A stretch of 64,000 nt of DNA from an uncultured bacterium (GCA_965370045.1 CBDUSI010000006.1:3968-67967), one strand, 5' to 3'. Shown: positions 1 to 9,237, numbered from the stretch's first letter. Notes: a model not told the origin generated them from the sequence alone. Made by a program: numbers and translations.

Positions 1-1827
1 GTTCAGCCCGTCGCGGGCCAGCTTGCTCTTGGGGACGATGCCGGTGAGTTCTTTCCAGGCCTTGGCGCTCCGGCCCAGGTCGCCCTTGTTACGGGCCATC
101 TCGGCGGTGCGCCGCAGCTCGGCGACGCGATCACGCTTGGCCACCGCATCGGCCAGCATGTTGCCGGCCTCGGGGTGCTTGGGCTCCACCCTGAGGACGC
201 CCTCACAGTGCTTGACGGCCTTGTCGAAGTCCTCGGTGCTGACCGCCTCGCCGGCGGCGGCCATGTGCGCCTCGACGATCAGCCGGCGCGCCTGGCTGTT
301 GCCCTCCTCGACGGCCAGGATCTTCTCCCACACATCGACGGCCTGGGCGTAGTCGCGATTCTGGCGGTGGGCGTAGCCCTCCTTGAGCAGGAACTGGATG
401 CGCCCCCGGGTGCGCTCCACGTTCTTGAGGCCCTGCTTGGCCTTCTCGCTGTTGGGGTCGAGCTTGATGGCCTCCGCGTAGAGCGCGGCGGCCTCCTCGA
501 GATTGCCGGCGGAGGCCTCCTCATCGGCCCGGGCGACCTGCCGCAGCGCGGGCACCACGCTGGACTCCAGGCGCTCCATCTGCCCGCCGATCTGCTCGTC
601 CTGCAGTTCGGCGGTCAGCTGGTTCCACTTCTCGACCGCCTCTTCGTAGTGCGAGGAGGCCACCAGGCTGCGTATCTCGGCGTTGCTGGAGCGCTTGAGG
701 GCCACTTTCTGTTCTATGTCGCGCAGCTCGGTCTGGGCCTCGTCGTCGTCGGGGGCCACGTCCAGCAGGCGGCGGAGTTCGCGGGCCGCCTGGGCCAGCT
801 TGCCCTTGTCGCGCAGCTGGCGCGCGGCCTTCTTGCAGCGCGCGCGGGTGTCCTCGATTTCCGCGGGCGTGCGCTGGACGGCCATGATCCGCGAGTCGGT
901 GTTGATGAAGGCCGGTCCCTCGGAGACGGTCCCGGAGACGCCCGACGGGCGGGCCGGCTCCTCGGCGGCGTCCAGGGGCATGGTCCGGCCGGGGTCGAAG
1001 GCCGGCTTGGAGTCCTGGGTGCCGGACAGCGCGCGGATCACCTCGCCCATGGACTGGAAGCGCTCCTTGCGGTCCTTGGCCATCATCCTGACGATGATGT
1101 TGGAGATGCCCTCCGGCAACGTGGGCACGATCTTGTGGGGCGCGGTGAGCGGCACGTGCTTGTGCCGGTACATCATGCTCATGGCCGTGTCCGCCTCGAA
1201 GGGCAGGCGCCCGGTGAGGCAGCGGTAGAAGGTGCCGCCCAGCGAGTAGATGTCCGTGCGGCTGTCCAGGTCCCGCCCGTCGCACTGCTCGGGGGACATG
1301 TAGGCGGGAGTGCCCATCACCGCCTGGGTCTCGGTCATGGTGCTGTCCAGCTCCTTGGCCAGGCCGAAGTCCGCGACCTTGACCACGTGTCCGGAAGTGA
1401 GCATGATGTTGTCGGGCTTGACGTCGCGGTGAATGATGTTCTGGTTGGCGGCGCACTCCAGACCGCGGGCGGCCTGGAGGATCATCTCGGTGGCCTCGAC
1501 GGGCTCGACCAGACCGCGCTTCTCGAGGAGCTCGGCGAGGCTGCCGCCCTCGACCAGCTCCATGATCATATAGTGGCGGCCCTCCTGGTGGCCGACGTCG
1601 TAGACCCCCAGGATGTTGGGATGGTTGACCCTGGCGATGGCCCGGGCCTCGCGCTGGAAGCGCTCCACGAACGAGGGGTTGTGGCCCAGGTGCTCGGCGA
1701 GGATCTTGACGGCCACGGTGCGGTCCAGCGAGAGCTGCTGGGCGCGGTAGACGAAGCCCATGCCGCCCTGGCCGATCTCCTCCTGGAGCTCGCAGCCGCC
1801 CAGGTTCACGCCCTGGAGCTCGTTCAC
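1..1827 (-). CDS. Ser/Thr protein kinase (Hanks type) with C-terminal TPR-like repeats; 3' end runs off the window
   Basis: Absent from the track because there is no in-window stop. The reverse-complement read from GTG at 1827 gives VNELQGVNLGGCELQEEIGQGGMGFVYRAQQ..VAVKIL..HPNIL..IIHRDVKPDNIML..VKVADFGLAK..GTPAYMSPEQ. Helical repeat region follows, in frame down to nt 1. Confidence 0.9.
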   Translation of the reverse strand, partial: MNELQGVNLGGCELQEEIGQGGMGFVYRAQQLSLDRTVAVKILAEHLGHNPSFVERFQREARAIARVNHPNILGVYDVGHQEGRHYMIMELVEGGSLAELLEKRGLVEPVEATEMILQAARGLECAANQNIIHRDVKPDNIMLTSGHVVKVADFGLAKELDSTMTETQAVMGTPAYMSPEQCDGRDLDSRTDIYSLGGTFYRCLTGRLPFEADTAMSMMYRHKHVPLTAPHKIVPTLPEGISNIIVRMMAKDRKERFQSMGEVIRALSGTQDSKPAFDPGRTMPLDAAEEPARPSGVSGTVSEGPAFINTDSRIMAVQRTPAEIEDTRARCKKAARQLRDKGKLAQAARELRRLLDVAPDDDEAQTELRDIEQKVALKRSSNAEIRSLVASSHYEEAVEKWNQLTAELQDEQIGGQMERLESSVVPALRQVARADEEASAGNLEEAAALYAEAIKLDPNSEKAKQGLKNVERTRGRIQFLLKEGYAHRQNRDYAQAVDVWEKILAVEEGNSQARRLIVEAHMAAAGEAVSTEDFDKAVKHCEGVLRVEPKHPEAGNMLADAVAKRDRVAELRRTAEMARNKGDLGRSAKAWKELTGIVPKSKLARDGLN

Positions 1828-1828
1828 G

Positions 1829-2281
1829 CTAGCCCTCGCTCCCGGCGCGCGCGGCGGCGTCGACCTTGGCCACGCGCCCGGCGTGGCGGCCGCCCTCGAA
1901 GGGCGTCTCCAGCCACAGGCCCAGCAGCCTGGCGGCGGCTTGCGGATCGAGCACCCGCCCGCCCAGGCACAGCACGTTGGCGTCGTTGTGCCGCCGGCTC
2001 ATCCCGGCCGTGAACTCGTCGTGACAGACCGCCGCGCGTACCCCCCGGAACTTGTTGGCGGCCATGGACATGCCCAGCCCCGTCCCGCACATCAGGACGC
2101 CGCGGTCGGCCCCGCCGCCGGCGACCAGTCCGGCGACCCGGACGGCGAAGTCCGGGTAGTCGCAGCTCGCCGGCCCGTCCGTGCCGCAGTCGGCGACCTC
2201 CACGTCCCGGGCGCGCAGCTCCTCCAGGATGGCCCCCTTCAGCTCGAAGCCCGCGTGGTCGCAGCCCAGCGCTATTTTCAC
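1829..2281 (-). CDS. rpiB: Ribose-5-phosphate isomerase B
   Basis: C-terminal 150 aa of track ORF 1829..2950: VKIALGCDHAGFELK..MCGTGLGMSMAANK..CHDEFTAGMSRRHNDANVLCLGGR. GTG start at 2281 overlaps the upstream stop (GTGA). Confidence 0.9.
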   Translation of the reverse strand: MKIALGCDHAGFELKGAILEELRARDVEVADCGTDGPASCDYPDFAVRVAGLVAGGGADRGVLMCGTGLGMSMAANKFRGVRAAVCHDEFTAGMSRRHNDANVLCLGGRVLDPQAAARLLGLWLETPFEGGRHAGRVAKVDAAARAGSEG

Positions 2282-3336
2282 GTCTTCACCGCCACGTTCT
2301 CCACCAGCGCCGCGATGCGGTCGCGGCATCGCCGGTAAGCATCGATGTCCGCGCCGGCGGGGTCGAGCAGGTCCTCCTCGGGGTCCAGCTGCTCGATCCG
2401 CTCGCGGGCCTCGGGGACCATCTCGATTATAGTCTCCCGGTGGCGCGCGGTCATGGTGTAAATCCTGTCGGACGCGACGATCATGGTCACGGACAGAGGC
2501 CGGCTGCGATGGCCGGAGATGTCCACCCCGATCTCGGCCATCACCTCGGTGGCCTGGGGGTTGACCTCGCCCTCGCGCATCACCCCGCTGCCCGCCGAGA
2601 TCACCCGGTAAGAGCGCCCCCGCCGGCCGCGCGGGAAACGCCCGGCGCGCTCGGAGAGTATCTGCCCCAGCAGCGCCTCGGCCATGGGGCTGCGGCAGGA
2701 GTTCCCCGAGCAAACGAAGAGTATCTGGTAGTCCCGGGCGGCGAGCACCTCCTTCTCGCTGATGGACCCCTCGCGGAGCACCTCGATGTCGCTCTCGCGG
2801 ACCAGGGCCACCGTGCTGGACTGGCCATGGTGGGCCTCGCCGCCGTCCAGCACCACGTCGATGTGCCCGCCCAGGTTCTGGAGCACCTCCTCGGCGGTGG
2901 TCGGCGGCTCGGCCCCCGAGCGGTTGGCGCTGGGGGCGGCCACCGGGCACTCCGCCCAGGCCACCACCGCGCGGGCCACCGGGTGGTCGGGCAGGCGCAG
3001 GCCCACGGTGCGGCCGTCGGGCAGGCGCACCACGATGGTCAGCGGTCCCGGCCAGAACATGCGCATCAGCTTGTGGGCCAGCTCGGGGACCTCGCCCACG
3101 TAGCGCTCCACGTGGTTCTCGTCGGGGATCATCAGCGCGTAGGGCTTGCCCGGGTCGCGCTGCTTGACCTCCGAGAGCCGCCGCAGGGCTGCCGTGTCGT
3201 CAGCGTTGGTGGCCAGTCCGTAGACGGTTTCCGTCGGGAAGGCCACCAGCTTGCCGTCGCGCAGCGCGCGGGCCGCGGCGCGGATCTTGGCGTCGTCGTC
3301 GGGCGAGCCGTCCAGGCGCAGGACCTCGGTCTTCAT
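2278..3336 (-). CDS. Fusion of L-threonylcarbamoyladenylate synthase (TsaC/Sua5/YwlC family) and low-molecular-weight protein phosphatase (YwlE-like)
   Basis: Begins MKTEVLRLDG. TsaC motifs are VAFPTETVYGLATNA, KPYALMI and GPLTIV. The C-terminal half has ILFVCSGNSCRSPMAEA, the C-X5-R(S) phosphatase loop. ATG at 3336. Confidence 0.85.
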   Translation of the reverse strand: MKTEVLRLDGSPDDDAKIRAAARALRDGKLVAFPTETVYGLATNADDTAALRRLSEVKQRDPGKPYALMIPDENHVERYVGEVPELAHKLMRMFWPGPLTIVVRLPDGRTVGLRLPDHPVARAVVAWAECPVAAPSANRSGAEPPTTAEEVLQNLGGHIDVVLDGGEAHHGQSSTVALVRESDIEVLREGSISEKEVLAARDYQILFVCSGNSCRSPMAEALLGQILSERAGRFPRGRRGRSYRVISAGSGVMREGEVNPQATEVMAEIGVDISGHRSRPLSVTMIVASDRIYTMTARHRETIIEMVPEARERIEQLDPEEDLLDPAGADIDAYRRCRDRIAALVENVAVKT

Positions 3337-4640
3337 GCCGGGCTGGACTTCTTTTCTCGCGCCAGGGCGCGGGCGGCGATGTCCCGGCGGAAGTGAGCCC
3401 CGCCCTCGAATTCGATCGCGGCGACCGCCCGGTAGGCGCGGTCGGCCGCGGCGCGGACGTCCTCGCCCAGCGCGGTAACGCCCAGCACCCGCCCGCCGGA
3501 GGTGACCACCTCTCCGCCCTTCAGCGCGGTGCCCGCGTGAAAGACATTGACGTTCTCCATCCGGGCCGCGGCCCCCAGCCCGGTGATGGCCCGGCCCTTC
3601 TCGTACTTGCCGGGGTAACCAGGGCTGGCCATCACCACGCAGACCGAGGGACGCTCGTCGAGCTCGATCTCGCACTCCGCGAGCCGGCCGTTGACAGTGG
3701 CGGTCAGGAGCTCCACCAGGTCGCTCTTGATGCGCATCATCTGCGGCTGGGTCTCGGGATCGCCGAAGCGGCAGTTGAACTCCAGGAGCTTGGGCCCCGA
3801 GGCGGTGATCATCAGCCCGGCGTAGAGCACGCCTTTGTAAGGCCGGCCGGCCTTGGCCATCTCGTGCACCGCGGGGACGATTATCTCCCTGACCGCCGCG
3901 TCCAGGACCTCCGGGGTGGCCACCGGCGCGGGTGAGTAGGCGCCCATGCCTCCCGTGTTGGGGCCCGCGTCGCCGTCCAGGGCACGCTTGTGGTCCTGGC
4001 TGGAGGGCAAGAGCGCCACGGTGCGCCCGTCGACCAGGGCCAGCAGCGAAAGCTCCTCGCCGACCAGCTTCTCCTCGATGACCACCTCGCTGCCGGCCTC
4101 GCCGAAGGCGCCGTCGGTCAGGCAGGCGCGCACCGCGGCGCGGGCATGGTCCTCGGTCTCGGCCATGATCACGCCCTTGCCGGCGGCCAGGCCCGAGGCC
4201 TTGACCACCAGGGGCGCGCCCTTCTCCTGGATGTACCAGTCGGCCTGCTCCACGTCGCTGAACACCTGGAAGTCGGCCGAGGGGATGCCCGCCTTGCGGG
4301 CCAGCTGCTTGCAGAAGCTCTTGGAGCCCTCCAGCTCGGCGGCCCGCCGGGTGGGGCCGAAGGCCGGGATGCGTTCCTCCTTGAGGCGGTCGACCAGTCC
4401 GGCGACCAGGGCCATCTCGGGGCCGACCACCACCAGCCCGGGGCGCTCGGCGCGCGCGAAGCGCAGCAGCTCGTCGATGTTCTCGGCGCCGATGTCCACG
4501 CACTCGGCCAGCTCACTGATGCCCGCGTTGCCCGGCGCGCACCACAGCTTCGCGCAGCGCGGCGACTGGGCCAGCTTCCACGCCAGGGCGTGCTCGCGCC
4601 CGCCGCCCCCGACTACCAGTATCTTGACGGGTTCGCTCAT
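3333..4640 (-). CDS. purD: Phosphoribosylamine--glycine ligase
   Basis: Full-length match by eye: MSEPVKILVVGGGGREHALAWKL..ATP-grasp..GPNTGGMGAYSP..GVLYAGLMIT..EFNCRFGDPE. Confidence 0.97.
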   Translation of the reverse strand: MSEPVKILVVGGGGREHALAWKLAQSPRCAKLWCAPGNAGISELAECVDIGAENIDELLRFARAERPGLVVVGPEMALVAGLVDRLKEERIPAFGPTRRAAELEGSKSFCKQLARKAGIPSADFQVFSDVEQADWYIQEKGAPLVVKASGLAAGKGVIMAETEDHARAAVRACLTDGAFGEAGSEVVIEEKLVGEELSLLALVDGRTVALLPSSQDHKRALDGDAGPNTGGMGAYSPAPVATPEVLDAAVREIIVPAVHEMAKAGRPYKGVLYAGLMITASGPKLLEFNCRFGDPETQPQMMRIKSDLVELLTATVNGRLAECEIELDERPSVCVVMASPGYPGKYEKGRAITGLGAAARMENVNVFHAGTALKGGEVVTSGGRVLGVTALGEDVRAAADRAYRAVAAIEFEGGAHFRRDIAARALAREKKSSPA

Positions 4641-5008
4641 GTCCTCGACTTCTTCCTCCGACTCGTAGTCCGCTTCTCCTTCGCCGGCTCCGGCGGGGGA
4701 GGGGGAGGAGGCGGCGGCGGTGGGGGAGGGGCCGCCGAGAAGCTGCGCATCGGCGGGTCCACGTCAATGCTCACGGTGCACAGCACCCGCTGGACCACCT
4801 GGTAGACCAGCGCGGCGGTGCCCAGCACGACCAGCACCGTGCCGCACACTTTGGGTATCCACAGCCAGGCGCTTGCGGAGGCCTGCCCCCCGTAGCTCAG
4901 CGGCACCGTGCCGGTGGCCCTGAGCAGAATGCCGGCGCCCAGGCCCGCGACCAGGATCGCGCCCAGCAGCTTGAGAAAGCCCCCGATCTCCGCCTTGAGA
5001 GTGTCCAT
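4637..5008 (-). CDS. Small membrane protein with a 15-residue poly-proline tract and a basic C-terminus
   Basis: Two hydrophobic segments, then AAPPPPPPPPPPPPPPPEPAKEKRTTSRRKKSRT. Its stop overlaps the purD start (ATGA). Confidence 0.6.
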   Translation of the reverse strand: MDTLKAEIGGFLKLLGAILVAGLGAGILLRATGTVPLSYGGQASASAWLWIPKVCGTVLVVLGTAALVYQVVQRVLCTVSIDVDPPMRSFSAAPPPPPPPPPPPPPEPAKEKRTTSRRKKSRT

Positions 5009-5019
5009 GTCGAGTCCTC

Positions 5020-5634
5020 CTACTTCCCGCCCAGATATTGCTCCTCGAGGTAGCCGGCGATCTTGGAGTCGTAGCCGCTGGTGCGGCTGAACACCTTAAA
5101 CGCCAGCTCGTTGCGAAGCGCCTGGCTGGTCGCGCCGCCCGAGGCTTTCATCTCGGCGATGACCCGGGAGTAGTCCGCGGGATCGACCAGCACGGTGACG
5201 TAGGCGTGGTTCTTGGCCGCCGAGCGCAGCATGGTCGGGCCGCCGATGTCGATGTTCTCGATGGCGTCTTCCAGGGTCACGTCCGGCTTGGCGATGGTGG
5301 CCTCGAAGGGGTAGAGGTTGACCACCACCATGTCGATGTCCTCGACGCCCTGCTCCTCTTTCTGCTTGACGTGCTCGGGGTTGTCACGGATGTACAGCAG
5401 CGCCCCGTGTACCTTGGGGTGCAGGGTCTTGACCCGGCCGTCCATCATCTCCGGGAAGCCGGTGTAGTCGTCCACGCTGCGCACCGCGACGCCGGCCTCG
5501 GCCAGCTTCCGGGCGGTGCCGCCAGTGGAAAGAATCTCCACGCCCAGGTTCACGAGCTCCCTGGCGAATTCCACGACGCCATCCTTGTCCCAGACGCTGA
5601 CCAGCGCGCGCTTGATCTTGACCTCGCTCGGCAT
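5020..5634 (-). CDS. purH: IMP cyclohydrolase domain only (N-terminal MGS-like half of PurH); no AICAR formyltransferase domain
   Basis: [74 protein letters not shown]. Stops after ..[19 protein letters not shown], at the usual domain boundary. Confidence 0.85.
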   Translation of the reverse strand: MPSEVKIKRALVSVWDKDGVVEFARELVNLGVEILSTGGTARKLAEAGVAVRSVDDYTGFPEMMDGRVKTLHPKVHGALLYIRDNPEHVKQKEEQGVEDIDMVVVNLYPFEATIAKPDVTLEDAIENIDIGGPTMLRSAAKNHAYVTVLVDPADYSRVIAEMKASGGATSQALRNELAFKVFSRTSGYDSKIAGYLEEQYLGGK

Positions 5635-5656
5635 CGGTGCTTTTTCCTCTCCGCGG

Positions 5657-6739
5657 CTAGACCAGTTCGAACTCTTGCTTCCCCGAGCGCTCGACGATCT
5701 CGCCGATCCGCCAGGTGGGGACCTTGAGCCTTCTCAGGCGGCGGGCGATGGCCGCGCTGTAGTACTCCGGGCAGACCAGGACCATGCCCACGCCCATGTT
5801 GAAGGTGCGGAACATCTCCGCCTCCTCGACCTCGCCGACGCGGCGGATGAACTCGAAGATCGGCGGCACCGGCCAGGAACCCTTGACCACCCGCGCGGCC
5901 AGGCCCTTGGGCAAGACGCGTGGGACGTTGCCGGGCAGCCCGCCGCCAGTAATGTGCGCCAGGCACTTGACCACCTTCTTGACCTTGTACTCCCCGAACA
6001 CCTTAAAAAGAGGATCGACGTAGATGCGCGTGGGCGTCAGCAGCTCCTCGCCCAGCGTGCGGCCCAGCTCGGCGACCCGGCTGTCCAGCTTCCAGCCGCC
6101 GGTCTCCAGCAGCGCCTTGCGCACCAGGCTGAAACCGTTTGAATGCAGCCCGGTCGAGGCCAAACCCAGAATGACGTCGCCGGCCTCTACTTTGGAGCCG
6201 TCGATCATCTTGTGCTTCTCGACGATGCCGACTGCGAAGCCGGCCAGGTCGTAGTCGTCGTCGGGCATGCAGCCGGGGTGCTCGGCGGTCTCCCCGCCCA
6301 GGAGCGCGCAGCGCGCCTTCTTGCAACCCGTGGCGATGCCCTTGACTACCTGCTCGCCGAGCTCCGGGTCCAGCTTGCCGGTGACGAAGTAGTCCAGAAA
6401 GAACAGCGGCGTGGCCCCGGTGACCACCAAATCGTTGACGCACATGGCCACCAGGTCGATGCCCACCGTGTCGTGCTTGTTCACGCCCATGGCGATTTGC
6501 AGCTTGGTGCCCACGCCATCAGTCGCGGCCACCAGCACCGGCGAGCGCAGGCGCTTGCCGAGGAGCCCCAGGGCCCCGTCGATCTGGAAGGCGCCGGCGA
6601 AGCCGCCGATATCCGAGAGCACCGCCGGCCCGTAGGTCGAGCGGCACAGCCGTTTGATGCGCTTGATGAGGCGGTCGCCGGCGGCAATATCAACGCCCGC
6701 GTCGCGGTAGGTCAGTCCTCGCTTTTTGCCGGCGGCCAA
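5657..6739 (-). CDS. purM: Phosphoribosylformylglycinamidine cyclo-ligase (AIR synthase)
   Basis: [53 protein letters not shown] start at 6739 with an AGGGGA SD. Confidence 0.95.
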   Translation of the reverse strand: MAAGKKRGLTYRDAGVDIAAGDRLIKRIKRLCRSTYGPAVLSDIGGFAGAFQIDGALGLLGKRLRSPVLVAATDGVGTKLQIAMGVNKHDTVGIDLVAMCVNDLVVTGATPLFFLDYFVTGKLDPELGEQVVKGIATGCKKARCALLGGETAEHPGCMPDDDYDLAGFAVGIVEKHKMIDGSKVEAGDVILGLASTGLHSNGFSLVRKALLETGGWKLDSRVAELGRTLGEELLTPTRIYVDPLFKVFGEYKVKKVVKCLAHITGGGLPGNVPRVLPKGLAARVVKGSWPVPPIFEFIRRVGEVEEAEMFRTFNMGVGMVLVCPEYYSAAIARRLRRLKVPTWRIGEIVERSGKQEFELV

Positions 6740-6776
6740 GGCGTTTTCCCCTGCAAAGGACCCGGTTCAGCGGGCT

Positions 6777-6804
6777 AGTCTAATTGTCCGGATTGACCCG
6801 TCAA
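6777..6804 (-). promoter_or_regulatory. Putative sigma70-type promoter of purM (TTGACG-N16-TAGACT on the minus strand)
   Basis: The complement of 6799-6804 reads TTGACG and that of 6777-6782 reads TAGACT. The site lies about 35 nt upstream of the purM start. Confidence 0.4.
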
Positions 6805-6900
6805 GCTGAGAACCCGGAGGGGGCCGCAAGCCCTCATGTTTGGGGAGGATGGGGGAGGGGAGGGGGGCGCAAGGGAGACGCGGCTGCGGAGCGGGATTCG

Positions 6901-7650
6901 CTAGTGATTCATCGCCTCGTGAAGCGCAACCAGGAGATCTAGCGTGTGGTCGAAGAAGTACATCGCAAGACGACATATCATGTTGTGCTCACCTCTTATC
7001 ATCACGCCCTCCTTGAGGTCGATCATCGTCGGCCCCAACTTGACTTTCAAGGTGATGGACGAAACGCCGTTGTTGTGGGTAAGGGCGTTCCGAATCGTGA
7101 ATAGGCAAAGCAACGTGTCGAAGACGTCTTTCGTAACCAGTTCATGTGTCTGTGCTCGCTCAAGTACGCGTCGCATCGTGTTGATCGGTGGCAAACTCTT
7201 GAGGAATCTGCGGATCTTCTTTATCCCCGCGATAGCACAAATGGCTGGGTCAGCCAGGAGTGCTTCAGCGCGAGCGATGTATTTCTCCTTCCGATGCAGG
7301 AAGGCATACCAATCGCTTTCGGGGTACTCATTGACAAGGGTTGAAAAGGCGAATTCGAAAGCAGATATAACGCTGATGTAGTGGTGCTTCTGTAGAATGA
7401 TCATTCGGTTCATCTCTTCCGGATGATTGACTACGTCCGCCCGTGGAAACGGGAATGCCCCTGCGTAGTGGTCCAAGAGTTCCATGGCGATCACACTACC
7501 ATTGGAAACCATTGCATCATAGTCGCGAATGATGGTATGCACCCCACCCCTTGCGTCCTTCTTGACCAAGGCCAGGTATTGAGTTGCCAGGCATGTGAAT
7601 AGGTCGGCGCACTGCACTCCGCGATTCTTCCGCTCACTCATATCCGGCAT
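6901..7650 (-). CDS. Hypothetical protein with a C-terminal HEPN-like Rx4H motif (candidate RNase / Abi-like)
   Basis: Visibly lower GC than the flanks. Motif is ..CLFTIRNALTHNNG.. (R-N-A-L-T-H) in an all-helical context. ATG at 7650 is preceded by GGTGGGG; the track start at 7662 is also possible. Confidence 0.6.
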   Translation of the reverse strand: MPDMSERKNRGVQCADLFTCLATQYLALVKKDARGGVHTIIRDYDAMVSNGSVIAMELLDHYAGAFPFPRADVVNHPEEMNRMIILQKHHYISVISAFEFAFSTLVNEYPESDWYAFLHRKEKYIARAEALLADPAICAIAGIKKIRRFLKSLPPINTMRRVLERAQTHELVTKDVFDTLLCLFTIRNALTHNNGVSSITLKVKLGPTMIDLKEGVMIRGEHNMICRLAMYFFDHTLDLLVALHEAMNH

Positions 7651-7698
7651 TTTCGGCCCCACCCACTTTCGATTCCTCGGCCCATTTCCAACTAATCA

Positions 7699-7727
7699 AG
7701 TATGAGGCCTTCAGCGCGGGAAGTCAA
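7699..7727 (-). promoter_or_regulatory. Putative promoter of the HEPN-like gene (TTGACT-N17-CATACT on the minus strand)
   Basis: The complement of 7722-7727 is TTGACT and that of 7699-7704 is CATACT, with an exact 17-nt spacer. Confidence 0.45.
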
Positions 7728-7807
7728 CGGCCGGGCGCCTACGAGGAATGCCCCTCATAAGGGGGGGGCGCCCAGCAGTGAGCCGGGGCGGAGAAACCGG
7801 GGGGGGG

Positions 7808-7836
7808 TTGTCAGGCGGAGCGCGGACGGCTATAAT
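7808..7836 (+). promoter_or_regulatory. Near-consensus sigma70 promoter (TTGTCA-N17-TATAAT) for the 7863 gene
   Basis: TTGTCA at 7808-7813, a 17-nt spacer, TATAAT at 7831-7836, then a GGAGGAG SD and ATG at 7863. Confidence 0.6.
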
Positions 7837-7862
7837 CGCAGACCGCGTGCCGGAGGAGAACT

Positions 7863-9041
7863 ATGCCCGTCGTAGCTAAGGAAGCAGATGTCGCGAAAGG
7901 GAAGCGGGTCACTATCGAAGGGAAGGTGGTATTCGGAGTTGGGCCGGGCAAGAAACGGCAAGACGCGTCACTCTTAACCGCGCCCCTTTGGTATGAGGGG
8001 CCGGACTATTCCAATACGCACGGGTGGGCGCATCTGTTCAGAGGCTCAAAAGCTACCGTCCATTTGAAGAAAGCCAAGGGCTACGTCCTCAGCAAGGTGG
8101 GCGCGTATGTCTTCGACGAGGCGGTAAGATATCTTTGTTTCAGGATACAAGTCTCCTACGACCAGCGCAACTGGGAGACTGTCGCAACCAAAGGAGAAGA
8201 TGACCCTCACAAGACGACGAATGAGCGGGGCACCGGGAAGTTTGAAGTCGTGCTTCCGAAGGAGCTACGTGGCCGGCGGTGGCGCTACATGCGATTCGAA
8301 GTACTCGGCAAGCAGGAGATCCACGTCGTGCGTCTCCACGCTTTTTCTTACGTTGAACACGCCCTCGTCCCCACAGAAGACGCGCCGACTGGTACCCGCG
8401 AAGAGGCACCTGGCCTGTTCGGCAGGTTCATTGCCGGTGTCCGCGATCTAGCTACGGAATACCGAAAGGCCATCATCGGTACGCTCATAGGATTCATGGT
8501 AGCCGGTGCTCTCGCTGGAACGGCATGGGGCCTTAACCGAGTACTTGGATGGCCCCCGATGAGCGAAACACTTGAAGGTACTGCTCAACTAGGGGGCGTA
8601 GCAGGGGTTGCTCTTGGCATCATACTCCTTGTGCTCTACGTGAAGAAGATATGCGCTGGGCTACTGCATGCTATGATCGCCACTATGTCTTGGTTTTGGC
8701 GAAGGCGGCGGGGAATAGCGCTGACTGTCTTAGCCTGCGCGGCCACTGTTCTGCTGTGGGCAAGGTACAGGGATTTGTACGTGCTTGGCCTCAGTGCTCT
8801 ATTTCTGCTCCTGGGCGTCCTCGCTTCTTGGTGGCTCCGGCGGGACGAGCCTAAGTCAACGCTAGAGGAGGCAGGCACATTCAACACAGAACACGAGGCC
8901 GTGTCTCTCGCCGATATACAAAAGGTGATCGCCAAAAAGAAGGAATTGATCGCCAAGGAGGAGAAGCAGACGGCAAACCTTGAAGCTATTGTCAGTCGAT
9001 TCATGAGACAAGAGAAGGAAAGGCAGCAGGGCCAACCTTGA
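7863..9041 (+). CDS. Membrane protein: N-terminal beta-sandwich (discoidin/F5-8-type-C-like?), 4 TM helices, C-terminal coiled coil
   Basis: Low-GC. N-terminus ..RYLCFRIQVSYDQRNWETV..RRWRYMRFEVLGKQEIHVVRLHAF resembles discoidin-type domains. Four hydrophobic helices follow, then a KKKELIAKEEKQTANLEAIV coiled coil. Confidence 0.7.
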   Translation: MPVVAKEADVAKGKRVTIEGKVVFGVGPGKKRQDASLLTAPLWYEGPDYSNTHGWAHLFRGSKATVHLKKAKGYVLSKVGAYVFDEAVRYLCFRIQVSYDQRNWETVATKGEDDPHKTTNERGTGKFEVVLPKELRGRRWRYMRFEVLGKQEIHVVRLHAFSYVEHALVPTEDAPTGTREEAPGLFGRFIAGVRDLATEYRKAIIGTLIGFMVAGALAGTAWGLNRVLGWPPMSETLEGTAQLGGVAGVALGIILLVLYVKKICAGLLHAMIATMSWFWRRRRGIALTVLACAATVLLWARYRDLYVLGLSALFLLLGVLASWWLRRDEPKSTLEEAGTFNTEHEAVSLADIQKVIAKKKELIAKEEKQTANLEAIVSRFMRQEKERQQGQP

Positions 9042-9237
9042 GCGACGACCTAACAGCTAGAGTGTAAGGCATTCACCTGCCCCACGGAGCACGTTTCCGA
9101 GACACAGCACGATTTCCGGGCTGCGCCTCGGGGCCTCAGGCGCCTGTCTCTCATCGCTTTCTATTTCGCGCATCCCATTATATATCAGCCTATTACGCAC
9201 TATAGATCACCCGCCGCATTTATTCTGATAATTCCGC

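Noticed and set aside
175-2013. Very long track ORFs such as 175..2013 (+), 40507..43086 (+), 45158..46555 (-), 61390..62910 (-), 21845..23146 (-), 23802..25178 (-), 43921..44988 (-) and the 19779..22145 part of 18765..22145 (-)
   Set aside because: Each lies antisense to, or out of frame with, a gene that has clear family motifs. Their translations are low-complexity A/G/R/P/L-rich sequence, as expected of shadow ORFs in high-GC DNA.
4690-4735. GGnGGn periodic G-rich stretch, considered as a tandem repeat or CRISPR-like signal
   Set aside because: It is the antisense of the in-frame poly-proline codon run of ORF 4637..5008. There is no repeat-spacer structure anywhere in the window.
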